From assembly GCA_964035545.1 (NCBI GenBank), contig OZ037767.1, forward strand, positions 29,590,628 to 29,654,627: a stretch of 64,000 nt of DNA. Direction: 5' to 3'. Below are positions 1 through 14,200 of the stretch, piece by piece. This DNA comes from Bugula neritina (lineage: Eukaryota > Animalia > Bryozoa). The notes beneath the pieces were generated by a model that did no database searches, was not told the DNA's origin, and saw nothing but the letters and a program-made list of their open reading frames with translations. The position numbers and the translations under genes are program-made. How positions within the stretch are numbered: position 1 is the first letter of the stretch; each line of letters begins with the position of its first letter.

Positions 1-801
1 TCTAGCTATCTATATATTGAAAACAATATAGTCAAAATATTAAAAAGATATTGCTCATAGTTCTATGTCGCATATTGACATTTATTTCTTCTTTTTAAAA
101 GTAAAATTTGTGCATCATATGATTGCATTATCTTTCTTTTAGCAAGGCTTGCATTATGTTCACTTATTAAATCAATTTGTGAACAGTTTTATACATTAGA
201 AATACTCATAATCAACAATTAAACCGTTAATCATACACTATGCATAACATATTTATTGATGAAAACTGCAAAGCAGAATTATCTTTTGTGCTTGTCCAAA
301 AATAGATGTTAGTTAGCTGTTCCACTACAAATTAATTTGTCTAGAACATCTAAACTTACAATCACTGCCATTGATTTCTAATAGCCTCCTCCGACGCAAA
401 CAAACACTATTGTTATACAAACAATACTGCACACGTAATTCAGCAAGCTCCATAGCCCCAGATATTTTATTTAAAAGCACTTACTTCATTAGGTATGTGA
501 ATAATGAACTGAGAAATTCCACCACCTAATCAATTATTTTAATTAAAGTAATTAACTAAACACTGTTATTCGATTCATTTAATCCATTTAGAATCTTCAA
601 AGCTAAGCATGCAAATCCGTAATACATGCAAGACTTGCATGCTTGCATATAATAGTCTTCAGGCCAAAAACTTAATCTGCAATATTGTAAACTAACCTAA
701 GAGATATAATATGCAAAAAAACTATTAGCCGTACAATGTTTTATAAATTATATGCATGCTTAGGTTTATGCTTGTAGTTTAACCCAAATAAAATAACTGA
801 C

Positions 802-1000
802 CTCTGATTGCATTTGTCAAGGGTTGATCTGCAGAACGCTTCTTTCTTCCGCTACACAACGTGAATATTATTCTCTGATACTGTACATTAGAAATATTGC
901 AGGTCCGCCTTTTAGCTAGAGTAGAGTGTGAAGACAGCACTAGAATGAGTGTGACAGCTAGCAGTGACATCGCTGAAGATAACTTGGTATATGTCGACAT
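802..1000 (-). CDS. Insulin-like/neuropeptide prepropeptide, first coding exon (signal peptide, B-chain-like segment, RKKR site, start of C-peptide); remaining exon(s) not identified
   Basis: MSTYTKLSSAMSLLAVTLILVLSSHSTLA-KRRTCNISNVQYQRIIFTLCSG-RKKR-SADQPLTNAIR. Acceptor TTTCAG lies 1 nt before the ATG, with a phase-1 donor G|GTCAGT at 802/801 and an upstream non-coding exon donor CAG|GTGAGT at 1294/1293. An intron just before the ATG plus one in the C-peptide is the typical insulin-family layout. No CC-x3-C-x8-C A-chain was found in the window. Confidence 0.55.
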
Positions 1001-1080
1001 TCTGAAACAAAGTAAACTGTTTTAAATAATCATGCATACTATACTATATAAACACCCCCCCCCCATAAATGAGTGTAGGT

Positions 1081-1120
1081 AGCAGCTGTGGTCTAATGAT
1101 TAGAGCACTGGCCCAGTGGA
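1081..1120 (+). mobile_element. Truncated tRNA-derived SINE-like head
   Basis: GCAGCTGTGGTCTAATGATTAGAGCAC is a Pol III A-box-like motif, similar to the heads at ~18225 and ~50341. Confidence 0.4.
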
Positions 1121-1461
1121 GATTATACTTGCTGAATAAGTAATTCTTAACTCACATGGAAAACTTTACATCATGGAATAAGAATTTTAACAAAAGTTAG
1201 TTCCTCCACAAATAAGTGTTAAATAATTACAAAAAGAGAGATTCTAAACTGATGTAGCACCATAATAATATCAGGATATAAATATAGACTCACCTGTATG
1301 TTTCTCTGTAAGGTATTATTGCAAACGTCTATAAAGTAACTATATAACCATAGCAATGACGTAAAGGCAGTTCAGCTTTCTGCTTATATCTACTGTAAAA
1401 TAATCCAGAAGCTTCTTCGCATGCTCAGTGAGATAATGCCACTGCTTATAACAGCTACTGG

Positions 1462-1469
1462 TTTATATA
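1462..1469 (-). promoter_or_regulatory. Candidate TATA box of the insulin-like gene
   Basis: TATATAAA on the minus strand ~170 nt upstream of the non-coding exon donor at 1294. The background is AT-rich, so support is weak. Confidence 0.3.
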
Positions 1470-4340
1470 GTTAGCTATAGTGTAGCTACACACATCCCTG
1501 CTTCACAACACAGACGAATTACCTGCTACTTGATTGGCTAATGAGAATATTAGAACAAAGTGCTAATTCAGAATTACGAAGATAATTTCAAACATGAGGG
1601 TGTCTCAAATCAAGTGTGAATAAACCTATGAATAGGCAATTACCCCTACACTAACCATACTCCATATCCAAAATGTTGATGATATAAAGGCATAAGGCTT
1701 TTTCTATGTGTTGCTACAAGTTTTGCATAGATGCTTGATTCAAATGAAAACTTTTATTGCATAATATGTAGATTAACTTGTATTGATAATTTATCTTTAA
1801 ACCCAATTCACAACAAACAAACAAAATCGCTGTAGCATTTACTAGCATTTGATATTCTGGTACATGAATTGTATAGAGTTATGCTAACCAAACTTTCGTA
1901 GTTACAGGCCTATTACTATAAATAGCCTAATGTATACGGTCAGCCATATTGATGGAGCATGCTAGCTTCAAAGAACACAAATCAGAATGACAGAGCTATG
2001 AGAGCAAACCCTCTAGGAGCTGTTGCAGTATGCCGCCACTCACCTTGACCTCAAGGTCAATGCTTCGAGTTTGAGTGTTATTCCAGTGTTACGAATTCCG
2101 TATTTATACTTTGTAGATTGATTATATTATTTCAATAGATGGCCAAATACATGTACCATGCATGAATTCAACCATAGTTTTAATGAAATTAAAAGATTTA
2201 ACAAGAATAAAGCCAGAGTCAAGATTCAGCTTAATGTTAATAATTACCACACACTGCAGGCAAAAGAATAATTATATCCTGAAAAAGCAGTTGACTTCTT
2301 TTGTGATTTCTAAAACCTTTTTGACTCATTTGGCACAACCTATTATTTTATTATTAAGTGAAGATTTTATCTTTTGTAGACCCATTAGCGTTTGCAGCTT
2401 AACAATTGTAATCTGAATATTGCATCATTTAGAATCGACAGATAATTATAAAATACAATAGAAATCACAGTGTTGATCTAAAGAGCCACCTGTCATCCAG
2501 GATATACCAACTTCTCTTGTCATTACGTAACATAATCTCACACTATGGTTTTCATTCAAACTGAAGCTAATTGTCTCAAAACTCTCAGACTATAAAACGT
2601 TATGCAATCAGGAAATTGTAATTATATATTGGATAAAAGTCTGTCATCAATAATTAATACTCAGCAATAAAACCAGCATGCTGCTATAATTTGAAGTGGT
2701 GTGGGTGTCAAAGCAAAACAGGTAACTCGTGAATCTATTCAATGAGGTAGAAGACTACTTTCAAAACAAAAGAGCAAATTCTTTGCTCACATGACAACCA
2801 GGAGAATACCAAAGCATTATTCTTGATGCCGATTAAGTAAATATATGATGCAATGGCAGCATTTCCGGAACTATTAACTCACATTAGTTTAGCAATGTCA
2901 TTATTGTTATGTAATGTTTAGAATACATATGTTTGTATGTTTTTACTGCACAACACTCTGTCTCTAGGTAATAGAATAGAAGTAAACATAAGCAAAACAG
3001 CAAATGCATTGACATATATGTCCTGTTCTTGCATACCTCTACTCTGCTAAAGTATGCACCTATGACGATATATTCCTTATTCAGACAACATAAAATGCTT
3101 TGAGTGTCCCTCTGTAGGACTTTGAATATTTACTTGTACCCTTCGTTGACTCAGAAATGTACAAAGTGGTGAACAAGCGAGCCAATAAAAGCAAAGTTGT
3201 ATTATTATAGACGTGAGCTAAAGACTTGGTGTTGTTTTTGAATGTTGATATGTAAAAATTCCGAGCCCATTCTACGAGAATAATCACTTTGCATCTAAGA
3301 AACTGGAGAGATAACTTGAGAAGAGCTCACGATACAGATCACTTGACAGAGTGCTTCAAAACAGGAAATGCTAATTTGCCTGTCATTAGATTCAAGTGAT
3401 TTGCCATCTTTCATTTGTTTGGATACACAGTTTGAAACAAAGTGTTTCCTTGTTTGTTAACTGTCACATTTTTGTTAAAGTTGCCTGAAAATACAATTTC
3501 GGTACATGCATGCAGTATTTGTACCAGTTCAGTAATGTGATACACTATTATTCAATCGTTATGTAATAATTGCGGTGTCCAACTAAAGAGAGTGCATATC
3601 ATGCTATTTATTCAACATTAAGTGGAAGGAGTAGTCAGTCAAAATTTTCAAGAGAAAGTTGCAAAGCTAGCATAATCAGCACGTGAAGCAAGGTTAACAG
3701 CAATTCCAATATTATACATTATATTTTGCTTTCCAGAGTTTTGTTTTTTCTTGGGTTTAATTGAGTATTGTCGATAGATTGGCAGCATAGGCTGTACATT
3801 ATGGATGGCAAGTGAAACTTTGCAAGGCTATTTTGAATATTGCTAATATTTGTGAGCTTTCAATTAACATCTTTAGGTGTAATAATTGCAACAATAAAAG
3901 GGATTTTAACAAATTTATTAAATTTCATATTACTATGGCAACAATAGAAATTATCTTCTCGTTCACAAAACCATATTTAAATAATTAAAAAAGAGTTATC
4001 CTTCCAAAAATCAATTTCAATGTGCGATCCAATAATTAAGAGATAAAAGTTCCATATCTACTTTTCAATCTGATGACTGTAGTCACAGCAAATTAAAACA
4101 AATATTCAAATTACTAACAACAAAACCTACAATTAATGCATAAACAAAGACTCATTAAATTAACTTTTAAATATGTAATATGTTATTACATTATTACTAC
4201 ATTCTACGAAATTACTTTTTTAATAAAAAAATACAGTATACATACAAGCAACGGCTTTATTATTTCTAGATGCAACAAAAGAACAAAAATTATTACAAAA
4301 ATAACAATAATAGTTATTATTATCCTTAGAAAGTTGAATT

Positions 4341-4468
4341 CCCCCTCCTTCAATAAGATAAAAGAGACACCCCTTCCCCCCATCTTTCAATAAAATAAGT
4401 AAGACACCCCCTCCCCTCATCTTCAATAAGAGAAGTAAGATTAATTGGCTCCTCCACCCAATTCAATA
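4341..4468. repeat. Degenerate ~40-nt tandem repeat (3-4 copies)
   Basis: Recurring C-rich run followed by TTCAATAA and AAGA/GACAC. Confidence 0.55.
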
Positions 4469-5441
4469 ATACTCTATGTCTAGCTGATAGCATGTCCTGA
4501 GCCTATCTATATGCACCAAACACTGAGTTAATTACTAAAATGCTTTCAATGTAATTTCTAAAGAATTGAAGTTTATCAAAAACCTTTATATTCATTCTGT
4601 CAAATTAATACGACCTACTGAAAGTCTTGAAAACTTATTCACCTTGCTTTAGCAACTAGCATGGTACTATCTCAGTATAAAAACTAACTTTTACGAGCAT
4701 GGTTGCTCTGAAACTCGGCAATATTCTTAGACAATGAATAACTTCCATGACTTCTATTGATAGTTTAATGAGAATGTATAATGCTAAGTTACTTGATACC
4801 TATAAACAAGATCAGCAATGATGCTTTTGCAATGTGGCGACTGCAGTAAATAAAGCTAAGTTGTTGCTTTACTTATAAATACCAAAGTGAAATTATTAAG
4901 CCAACCAAATTATTCTTTATATTTTATGCAAAATTTAAATCCATCATTTTTATAAGCAAAATAATTATTTGAAAAGCTATATGCAGTTAAGAAAGAGCTA
5001 AACAACATACTTCCATTTAACTATAATGAATGAATAAAAACCTAATGTTTTAAAACTTTAAAACAAGTTTTCTAAAAACACCACATATTATTGGCATTCA
5101 TATAAATTCGCTGGATAAAGTGTACTATCCCAAAACTATTGTAGAGATAGTCCGAAAGTTTCTCTAGGTGTTGTAGTGTTTAATATTGCATTTACTAACG
5201 AAATTAATCTGCCATTGTTTCGAAATATGACGTATTCAAATTTCAATAATTTAAATGCTGCTCATGATTGCCTATTAAAAGATAGATTGATTTATTATAA
5301 CCGCATTTATGTATGTGGGTTGTTTAAATAATTGAAATATCTTTCCTAGAAATGTTTATCACATATAGGTTAGGATTCACATTTTGTTTTAGTTGACAAG
5401 TTATTTTTACGTTGCATTACAAGAGGAAGGACTTCCACCTA

Positions 5442-8400
5442 CTACTGTACGTAACAGACGTCACTTGCCTTGCTATCATACAACCGTTCGGCAAACCGTT
5501 TCAGAAGAGTGCATCTGTTAGACTCCTTGTGGTAAGCAAACCCTAGGCACGGCTCTTTACCATCAGCAATTGCGCAATCAACAGCACACTCTTTCTCACT
5601 CTCTCCAGCAGCTAAATCTATTTCCTTGATAATTTCTAAATTCAATCTTAAATCCGCATGATAGCTGCAATAGGAATTTAACTTAAACCTCACTCTTTTC
5701 ATATCATGGTTGTTTTTGTTGACCGGCGGTTTGGAAGGAATACGTAGACGCTGTGAGAGGATATCCTGAGAAAGTTTGAATGCAGAGTTTGCAGTTAGTG
5801 AAGTTGTAGGAAGTGAAAAAGGGGACGAAGTGGTTATAGCAGCAACAGGCACGGGCGTAGGTACGACATAATCTGGAAAGTATACAATATAATGTGTATT
5901 TAAATTATATTGTGAATGATCATAAGTTTTAGTAACATAATAACGTAAGCAGATGATCTATAAATATAATAGTATTGCTTTATATAAAAAGAATAGAAAA
6001 GCATTAAAATAGAAAGTGTAAAAGCTGTCATCACTAGACGTAGACTAGATTGTAGAAAAATGTTTTTTTAGTAAACAAGTTTTAATCAATAGATTTTCAT
6101 GACAGGCAGAGTTTGACTTATTTAATTTAACATAATACATATCATTGCAGCATACAAAGCCCAATATTTATGAATACACCTTAACATAATAGCTAAATAT
6201 GCATTTATCGTAAATAACAGAGAGGCTACCTCTTAGAATTAAGATGTCTTGGCTATATCCCACAGCTATGCTTTGCTTTTCCTTAGGCAATGTGTAGAAT
6301 TCGTCAGAAAGAATGGCTGCATCCAAGTAATGAAGCTGGTCTTTTTTACCAGATTTTATTACGAAGTACATCTTGTAGTCACAGCTTAATGCAAAATCTA
6401 CCATCTTGAACTCTGAAAAAGAAATATTACACAAATGCGAATGACTTTATTTAAAAAAGAAAGACATATTTTAATGATTACATTTAATAAAATATAATTC
6501 AAGCTCTGAAATAGCATTTTTTTGTTATTTCTCCAACTAAAACTGTTTATACCATATTAGTAATCAGTTACTGCATATAGAGTAACAAACCCTGGTCAGG
6601 GAGCTCTGCAGCAAGAAAACACGAACTCTCTTTTGCAATCAGACCTAATCCCAATTCATAGTTCCAGATGATGACGCAGATATGCTTAGCTTCTTGGTTC
6701 AATTCTACAGATACCAGCTCTGATTTCCCTCTACACGCAGTCGTTGTAAATGTCTTCCCCTCAAGGTCGTTGTTCCACACAGGAACTTCCATGGGATCAT
6801 ACAAGTGCTCAACACCTGCTCTGTTAACCATCAAACTTATTCTATTGTTTGTACCATCAAGTCCCCACGTCATATAGAAACTTGTCGAATCCAAATAGTA
6901 TATCTACAGCATTAACTAAAAATGAACTATTTTAATTTTGCCATGGATTTGTCATATTTTGTGAATTTTTACTTAAAATGGTGTCCGTATGTTTTAGTAG
7001 ACAAATAAGATAGATTCAATTCCGAACAGCAAAAATAAGGACATGACGTTGAAGCTATGAGTGAGCAGCTCAAAAAATTAATGCGTTCACAGTTCAGTTT
7101 CAACTGTAGTCTGTAGGGGGCATTAGAGTTTACTCGCTGTGAAAAAATGCATGATGATAACATCTATAAAACATTTGAGTATTGCCAGTATTGAAGTTAG
7201 ATTAATCAATATTATATTCTTTATTATAGCAATACACATTATTAACAGCTTTAAATATATTAGCCTGTGTTCTATTTTTACTGGATTAATGTTTAATGGG
7301 GGGGGGGTTGAAAACTCTTCCTTATAAATGCTATAGAACAAGGCACTTTTTAGAACTACCAAAAGAGCATATAACTCCATTTCTCATTTATAATAATACA
7401 CTCAAACGGAGGTGGGAAAACTGGAAACTGATTGTGATGCAAATCATTGCATAGATAAACCTACAATGCGCTGATTTTATTTCAAGTCTTGCACTAAAGA
7501 ATGAAATCTAATTTACAAATCTAAATTTATTGAAAATGTTACAACAATTAGTTAAAAAAAGTTTGGAAAAAGAATTAGTTTGTTAAAACATGTTGTATGT
7601 CATAAATGCAGCATGCTTGAACTTGTCCGCAGCTGCAAGAGGCATAAAAAGCAAAAAGTGAATATAGACAACCCTTTGATAGGTGCACACATGCGCTATA
7701 GGTTCAAATCCCAACAACCTGCATGTGGTGTCAGGTGCACCCTGTTACGAAGCTCTCTGAACCACAGCTTTCTCAAGGATGAATAATATGAGCCAAGGCT
7801 AGTAGAAAGCTAATTGATCAAATAAAACAATGCCAAAACCCAAAACTCTGCAATGAAAGTTTTAAAAACAAGCAATTCCGCTATTTTTATTATTTGTAAG
7901 AAATTGATGCAACGAGTATATAAATTCAATTATTTTGCTTTACTACATATATTCCTTAGCAATTCTTAATTGCATTGCACTGCATTGCACTTTAATAAAT
8001 TATAATTATTGAAATAATACAACAACAGATAGGATAAAAAATACTACTGGCATGCAATTGTAGTATAATAACGATAAGTTAAAAGGTGAGAAAAGATTTC
8101 TTAGTTGACTAACCTCCCCTGCAGTTATAGTAGTGTCTATTCTAACTAAATTTTCACAATAATTATTAGCTGCGTGGCCAATTTCAGGTTTGTCAAACTC
8201 GAGAAGTTCATCAGCTCCTCTTCCAACTTTGTCAAATTTTATCATAATATATGATCCCAGAACAATTATTGAGCTTACATATCCATGAAGCACTGTCAAC
8301 AAATAATTTAAGTTACTCATACAGATGATGGTAAGCTAGAAAAAATAATTCACAAAAACTATTTTGCTATTTTAATTTAGTTTTGTAAAATGATTGTATC

Positions 8401-9090
8401 TTTTGGGTTTGCATTGCATAGCTGCAGCAAAAGCTTTATAATTTGCTCTTTTATAAAAAATAGTCAAGTAGACTAATATCATCACATGCTACAGCTCAAA
8501 TAAAAACTTATGGTTGTGCAGGAAAATAAAAGCGAGAAATACCTTCCTTTATCTTGCATTGACGTCTGCAGTCAATTCTATCAGCATAGGTCAGATCACA
8601 CCACCACAGATAGTTGTTCATTATATCAAATGTTGCTATGTAGAGGCTACTTGGATTGTTGGAGTCTAGTTGAAAATCAGTGATCCAAAGAGAATGCAAA
8701 TCTTTTGGCGAAATTATTGTTTGAGAACTGTTGCGGTGTTTTTGAAAGCTTAATGCCAACGCTGGTATTGAGAATAAGATTACTACAACACAAAGAGTGT
8801 TACATAGCTAAACGATAACCTGAATAATTGTAGCTCATTGTTTTTATTTGCTGTAGGTAAAGAGTTTGAGGTGAAACATTGTCAAATGCAACAAAAAGTA
8901 AGTTTGTGAAAAAATGCATATAGCAGTATGAAATAAGTGGAATGAGTGGAAACTACAATATAGAATAAAAAGTGTTTTACTGTATATAACATAAGGTTTG
9001 TTTTAATTAAAATATTAAAGTTTGCTTATTTAAAATGTACTCACCGATATAAAAACAAGCAGAGATAAAAAGTTTATTCAGACCAGCCAT
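5442..9090 (-). CDS. Gene A: secreted protein, 463 aa; signal peptide + ~300-aa unrecognised beta-rich domain + S/T/P linker + C-terminal PAN/Apple-like module
   Basis: Exons 9045-9090, 8543-8782, 8114-8292, 6591-6903, 6230-6412, 5442-5872, all GT-AG with phases 1,1,0,1,1 (1392 nt open). Signal MAGLNKLFISACFYIVILFSIPALA. The C-terminus YC...ECAVDC...PCLGFAY...RCTLL...VCY has the 6-Cys PAN-like pattern. Confidence 0.8.
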
Positions 9091-11249
9091 GATAGTTGAT
9101 GTCAGACTTTTTGCAGGTTGGTGTGAAGTGATCACAATTTCAAATGAAAACCTAATTTATTTTTTCATTTATTGAGATATTTATTTTAGGATTAAAGTTT
9201 GTAATTTCCTTACTGGAAGAACACTCATTAGAATCCGTGAATTTAAAATAATATATGAAAGAAACTATTACGTAATATAAAATAATAAGATATAGGTATT
9301 AAGGAAATTGAAAATGGGCCAACAATGAAAACTGAATGCCAGGTTTTGATTAAAAGTTCAACATATCAGTTATAACATAATACTAGTTTGATTGACAGCA
9401 AGTACTTATATTTTCCATTTATTTCAACCTTCATTTATTACTGTTTAAACTAAAAGCAACATTGCTTCTATACTGAAAGCATCAACTCACTTGAATGATT
9501 AATTATAATTGATTTTTACAGTGTGTCTACTTTTTGTAAAGCCACTTTACAAAGCTCTATTGAAAATATTTCAGTTTATATTAAAAGAACCAAAAATATT
9601 TTCCCCTCTCCTTTAATACAAGTTTTTTTATTATTCTTACAATAACTATATATATTACTATAAATTATATGCAAGTTTAATTTATACCTTTTTAATCAAC
9701 ATTGAATACGTGACTAGTATGATTTCTATAAAAGGAATAATGCCCAAACATCTTCTCAAATAACCACTGTCTAGAATTGCTTTGGAGGAAAAAAAAGTTT
9801 TACATATATAAGAGACAAAGTAAATTAAATGTGTAAAATGCATTTTGGATTTACGCAAATATTTTTGTGAACAAACAGTTATTCAGTGTCAGTCACTGCT
9901 CTATACACAAATTTCACTTAAATGGCTGTTACTAGGTTATATCTAATGATGTTAGTGAACAGCAAAAGAATGGCCCAATGCAGATAATTATCCATAATAT
10001 TATATGAATGCGGCTTTGTATTTTGATTTGTTATGAGTTGTCAGATTATTGAATCTTGGGAGGATGGAATTCAACAACATTCACTCTAGCAACTATAATA
10101 GATACCGTGTAGTAATATGGAAGAAATTTTAACATTTAGTAATGCTGCATATTGTCAATTGCTATAGTTTAGTTTTATTTATTGGCGTACTATTTTTAAT
10201 TTTAGTATTGATAAAAAAACCGATATTAGTATAAAATTATTAAAATTGATAAAACCTTGAAAATATTATCTTGTGCAATTGAATAGTTGGATAACAATTA
10301 TCACAGTTTTGTATACTCATATGCATAATTATATGGGGTATAATGTGCTAGCTTAAATAAACACAGCAGTTACTAGTTTCTTCAACTTGTGTCATAACAC
10401 ATCAAAGGATTTGCAATATTTTATAAATTTAGTTCTTATCTCCACTGGATTATTTTCTTAGAAAGTGTTTGTTTTAGTTTGAAAAAATTATCATATTATA
10501 GTAAGCAATAATTGCTATTGAAAGTTTTGATGTGCCTATAACTAACATGCATAATTATTAATGCAGACATTGTTTATATATATGTAGTATTTAGCACACA
10601 CTGGCAGAAACAAAAAATATTTGTCAAAATTTTCAACATGCCTTAATTTCTATAAATAAAAGGTTAATGATTCTCTCATGCTTTAACATGCATTGAAGAA
10701 TTGCCAATTTCTATATTATTAAGTCATGGAAACTTTTGATCACGAATAGGGTTATTGTAAATTTACTAGTATAGGTCAAAATGCAAGCAAATTTATATGT
10801 TAAACTCTGTTTATTAAACTACAAGACTACAAAAGAGTATAATATATTTGTTGAATACATATACACATATAATCAAAAGATGATATTATTATAAATAAAC
10901 AGATTCCAAGGACATGTAACGGCATACATGAAACAATAAGAAGTAGCAATAGCAATAAACTTAATTGAAAATTAGTATATATCTACAATAAAATACAATA
11001 ATACAATCACCTAAATTTTTTTGGTGCCAACAGATTGATATTTATACTACTACTTCATATTTTAGTTTTTAGTTATTTGTTTATGAAACACTTGCTAATA
11101 ATCTATAACAAAAACTAAATAAATATCATAACTTATCATTCAAAAGTTTAAAACATTTCTTGATATAAGCAAATAGCCTGTTCAACGTATAAAGCAAATT
11201 AACCAACCTTGAGTCTCATTCAATCATCAGAGTAGAGTGAAACCTTACT

Positions 11250-14200
11250 CTAAATAAGAGCTATATAACATAATGGATCACCTGTCTCACTGACATATTT
11301 TCTTTTTGAAAACCGTTTCAGAAGAATGCATTTATTGGATTTCTTGTGATAAGCAAACCCTAAGCACGGCTCTTTACCATCAGCAATTGCGCAATCAACA
11401 GCACACTCTTTCTCACTCTCTCCAGCAGCTAAATCTATTTCCTTGATGATTTCCAAGCGCAAGTTTAAATAAGGATGATGATTGCAATAGGGATTAATTT
11501 CAAATCTCACTCTTTTCATTTGAACGCTGTTTTGGGTGGCTGGTGGACATTGTTGAAAATGTGGGAGGCTGTTGACTTATTCGTGCACTTCGCTGGTATC
11601 TTGGCTTGTGGTCGGGAGAAGTTGGGCATCAGAAGTTATCTGAGACAAAGGAGACGAGGAAGTGGAGCTAGTGGAGGTAGTTTGAGCTGATACAAGCTGT
11701 TGGTTGGAGACAGAACAGCCTGCATAATAAAAATAAAGAGATATGTTATACACAATAGCATGTAAGACATATAGAAAAATTAGGAGAAAGAGTTTGAAAA
11801 GCGGCAATATTTTTATTTATTGAAGAAATATAAATAAATGTCTCTATAAAATGCTGCATTGCAACACAGAGATCATTATAAAAACAGCAATCAAATTAAA
11901 ATCTAGCTTAATAGACTTTAGTCGAACTGATTATACGTACTTGAAACTACTTGAACTTAAGGCATTAGTCCGACTATTCAATAAGTTCTAAACTACAATA
12001 TAACATGGTCAATTGGCATTATGTGAAATGATGTGCAGTATATATACGGATGACTCACTTTTCAAGATCAAAACGTCTCTATTAAACTTCACAGCTATGT
12101 TGCAGTTTGTTTCTGGCAGTTTAGGAAGTCCGTCAAAAGAAGTGCTCAACTTTTCTTTAATAAGTTGTAGCTTATTTTTATTAATCTTTATTACAAAGTA
12201 AAAATTGTAGTCAGAACTCAATTCGAAGTCTTCTAGTATAAATTCAGGATCTTTAAATAAAAATAACATAAATTACACTTTTATTATGTTATTAGTAGTT
12301 TATCAAAGATTAAAACCCTAATTTCTTTTAAATAAATGCATTTGATTTGTCATAAGATTATGTGGTTATTACTGTAATTATCATTTTATTACAAATTTAG
12401 AATTTTGCTACTAACCCAGACTAAAGATATAAGTCGACTTTATACAGATATTTCTGTTGGCATCTAGAATAGCTGGGCTCTCATTATTCCAAAATATGAT
12501 GCAGATTTGCTCAGCACTTTTGTCTACTTCTACAGAAACCAGTTCAGAACTGGTCCCACATGCTGCGGTTTTGAATGTCTTTTTATTAAGTGTAGATCCT
12601 TGCAAACTGAGTCCAACTAAATCATTATTTATTCCAATAGTAGCAAATCCTGTTTCAGTTATTTTCCTATGTGTTTGCCATAACACATAAAATTTTGTGG
12701 AATCAAGATGAAAAATCTACAATAGTTTGGTTTGAATTAATAAATTGCTTAAACAAAATATTTCTCTTCACCTCCCTCTCCCTCTCCCTCTCTCTCCCTC
12801 TCCCCCTCCCCCTCCCTCTCCCTCTCTCTCCCTCTCCCCCTCCCCCTCCCTCTCCCTCCCTTTCTCTCTCTGTATTTGCCTGTGCCTGCCTGTGTCTCTG
12901 ATTTCTCTCTCTATTTTATTAATTTTGCAATGAAAAGCAGCAAAAAATAACGGCAAGAAGTTATTAGCAATTTTTTCAACTTTTCTTATAGGTTTTCACA
13001 CAACCACTTCATCAGCTATAATTTGAACAAGAATTGTTTGAATATGAATATTTTAGTAAACTTCTACTGACCTCTATGGGGTCAAAGGGCACGCTTATTT
13101 CAGATATATCTTCGCAATCATTATCTGACTCATGACCGGCTTGAGGTTTGTCAAATGTGTAAAGTTTGTGAGGTTTCCCTACGAAGTAGGACCTCATCAC
13201 AATGCTAGATCCTCGAACTACTATAGAGCGTCCAAGTCCATAATTCACTGTCAACCAATACAATAATATGTGCAATATAAAATATAAATATTAAGTGAAA
13301 TCTAGCTGACTATAAGTTTTTATTTCTGTTCAAGATTCTTGTATGTGAATATAAACATTAGTATTAGCAAAAAAAGCATAAATAATTATTTACTCAATTA
13401 GCTGCTTCAGATTTTGCTTTTTATCAGCATAAAAAGTACACACACGCACACATGTATATATATTACTGACTAAAGCATTTATTATATGCCATGGTGTCAT
13501 TGTAAAAATACTTTTAGCTTAAAGACATACGTGCGGGTAGTCTACATTGCCGTCTGCAATTAATGAGGTCACTCAGTGTGAGATCACAGCTCCACAAGGA
13601 AGACAACCCTATATCAGTAGTTAGTATGTACATGTTGCCAGGATTTTCAGGGTCTAGTGTAGCATATTCAATCCAGAAAGTCTCCAGATCATGTTCTGAT
13701 ATTGCAGTTGGAACTCCATCAAGTTGGCTCGGGATGTCTTTTGACAGAGCGTATACCAAGTATGAAAGTTCTACATATCATAAAATATGTCACATGATGT
13801 TAAAGTGAGTAAATAGCTTACTATTTGTTCAGCAATTTATACAGGTTTAGTTACTCTGGCTCTTCACTGCATGAGAAGCTATGAAATTCTGGTGCAAACA
13901 TAACAGTAAAAGTGGTTTAGCAAAAAAACGCCTGATGCCTTTAAAGTACTTAAAACATATATTGAAATTTTTTTCGAAAATTTAATTACATACTCAGTAA
14001 CCTAGCTAGCTGAGTATTATATTATTATTATAACTGATAAACCTTGACTAGTTTATATTTATTGGCAAGAATTTCCGCTGAAAATACTATTAATTATAGA
14101 CTAATCTGACAATGAATAGCTATACTAACTATACAAGACAATAGGCCTGTATGGCCCTCTCATGACTACACTCTTTACAAAAAGAAATTATAAAAAATAT

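Noticed and set aside
325-480. Minus-strand open stretch (...YCLYNNSVCLRRRRLLEINGSDCKFRCSRQINL*) as the insulin A-chain exon
   Set aside because: No convincing acceptor in the required phase and no CC-x3-C-x8-C pattern.
12671-12956. Pro/Ser/Leu- and Gly/Glu/Arg-rich ORFs
   Set aside because: These are translations of the intronic CT microsatellite.
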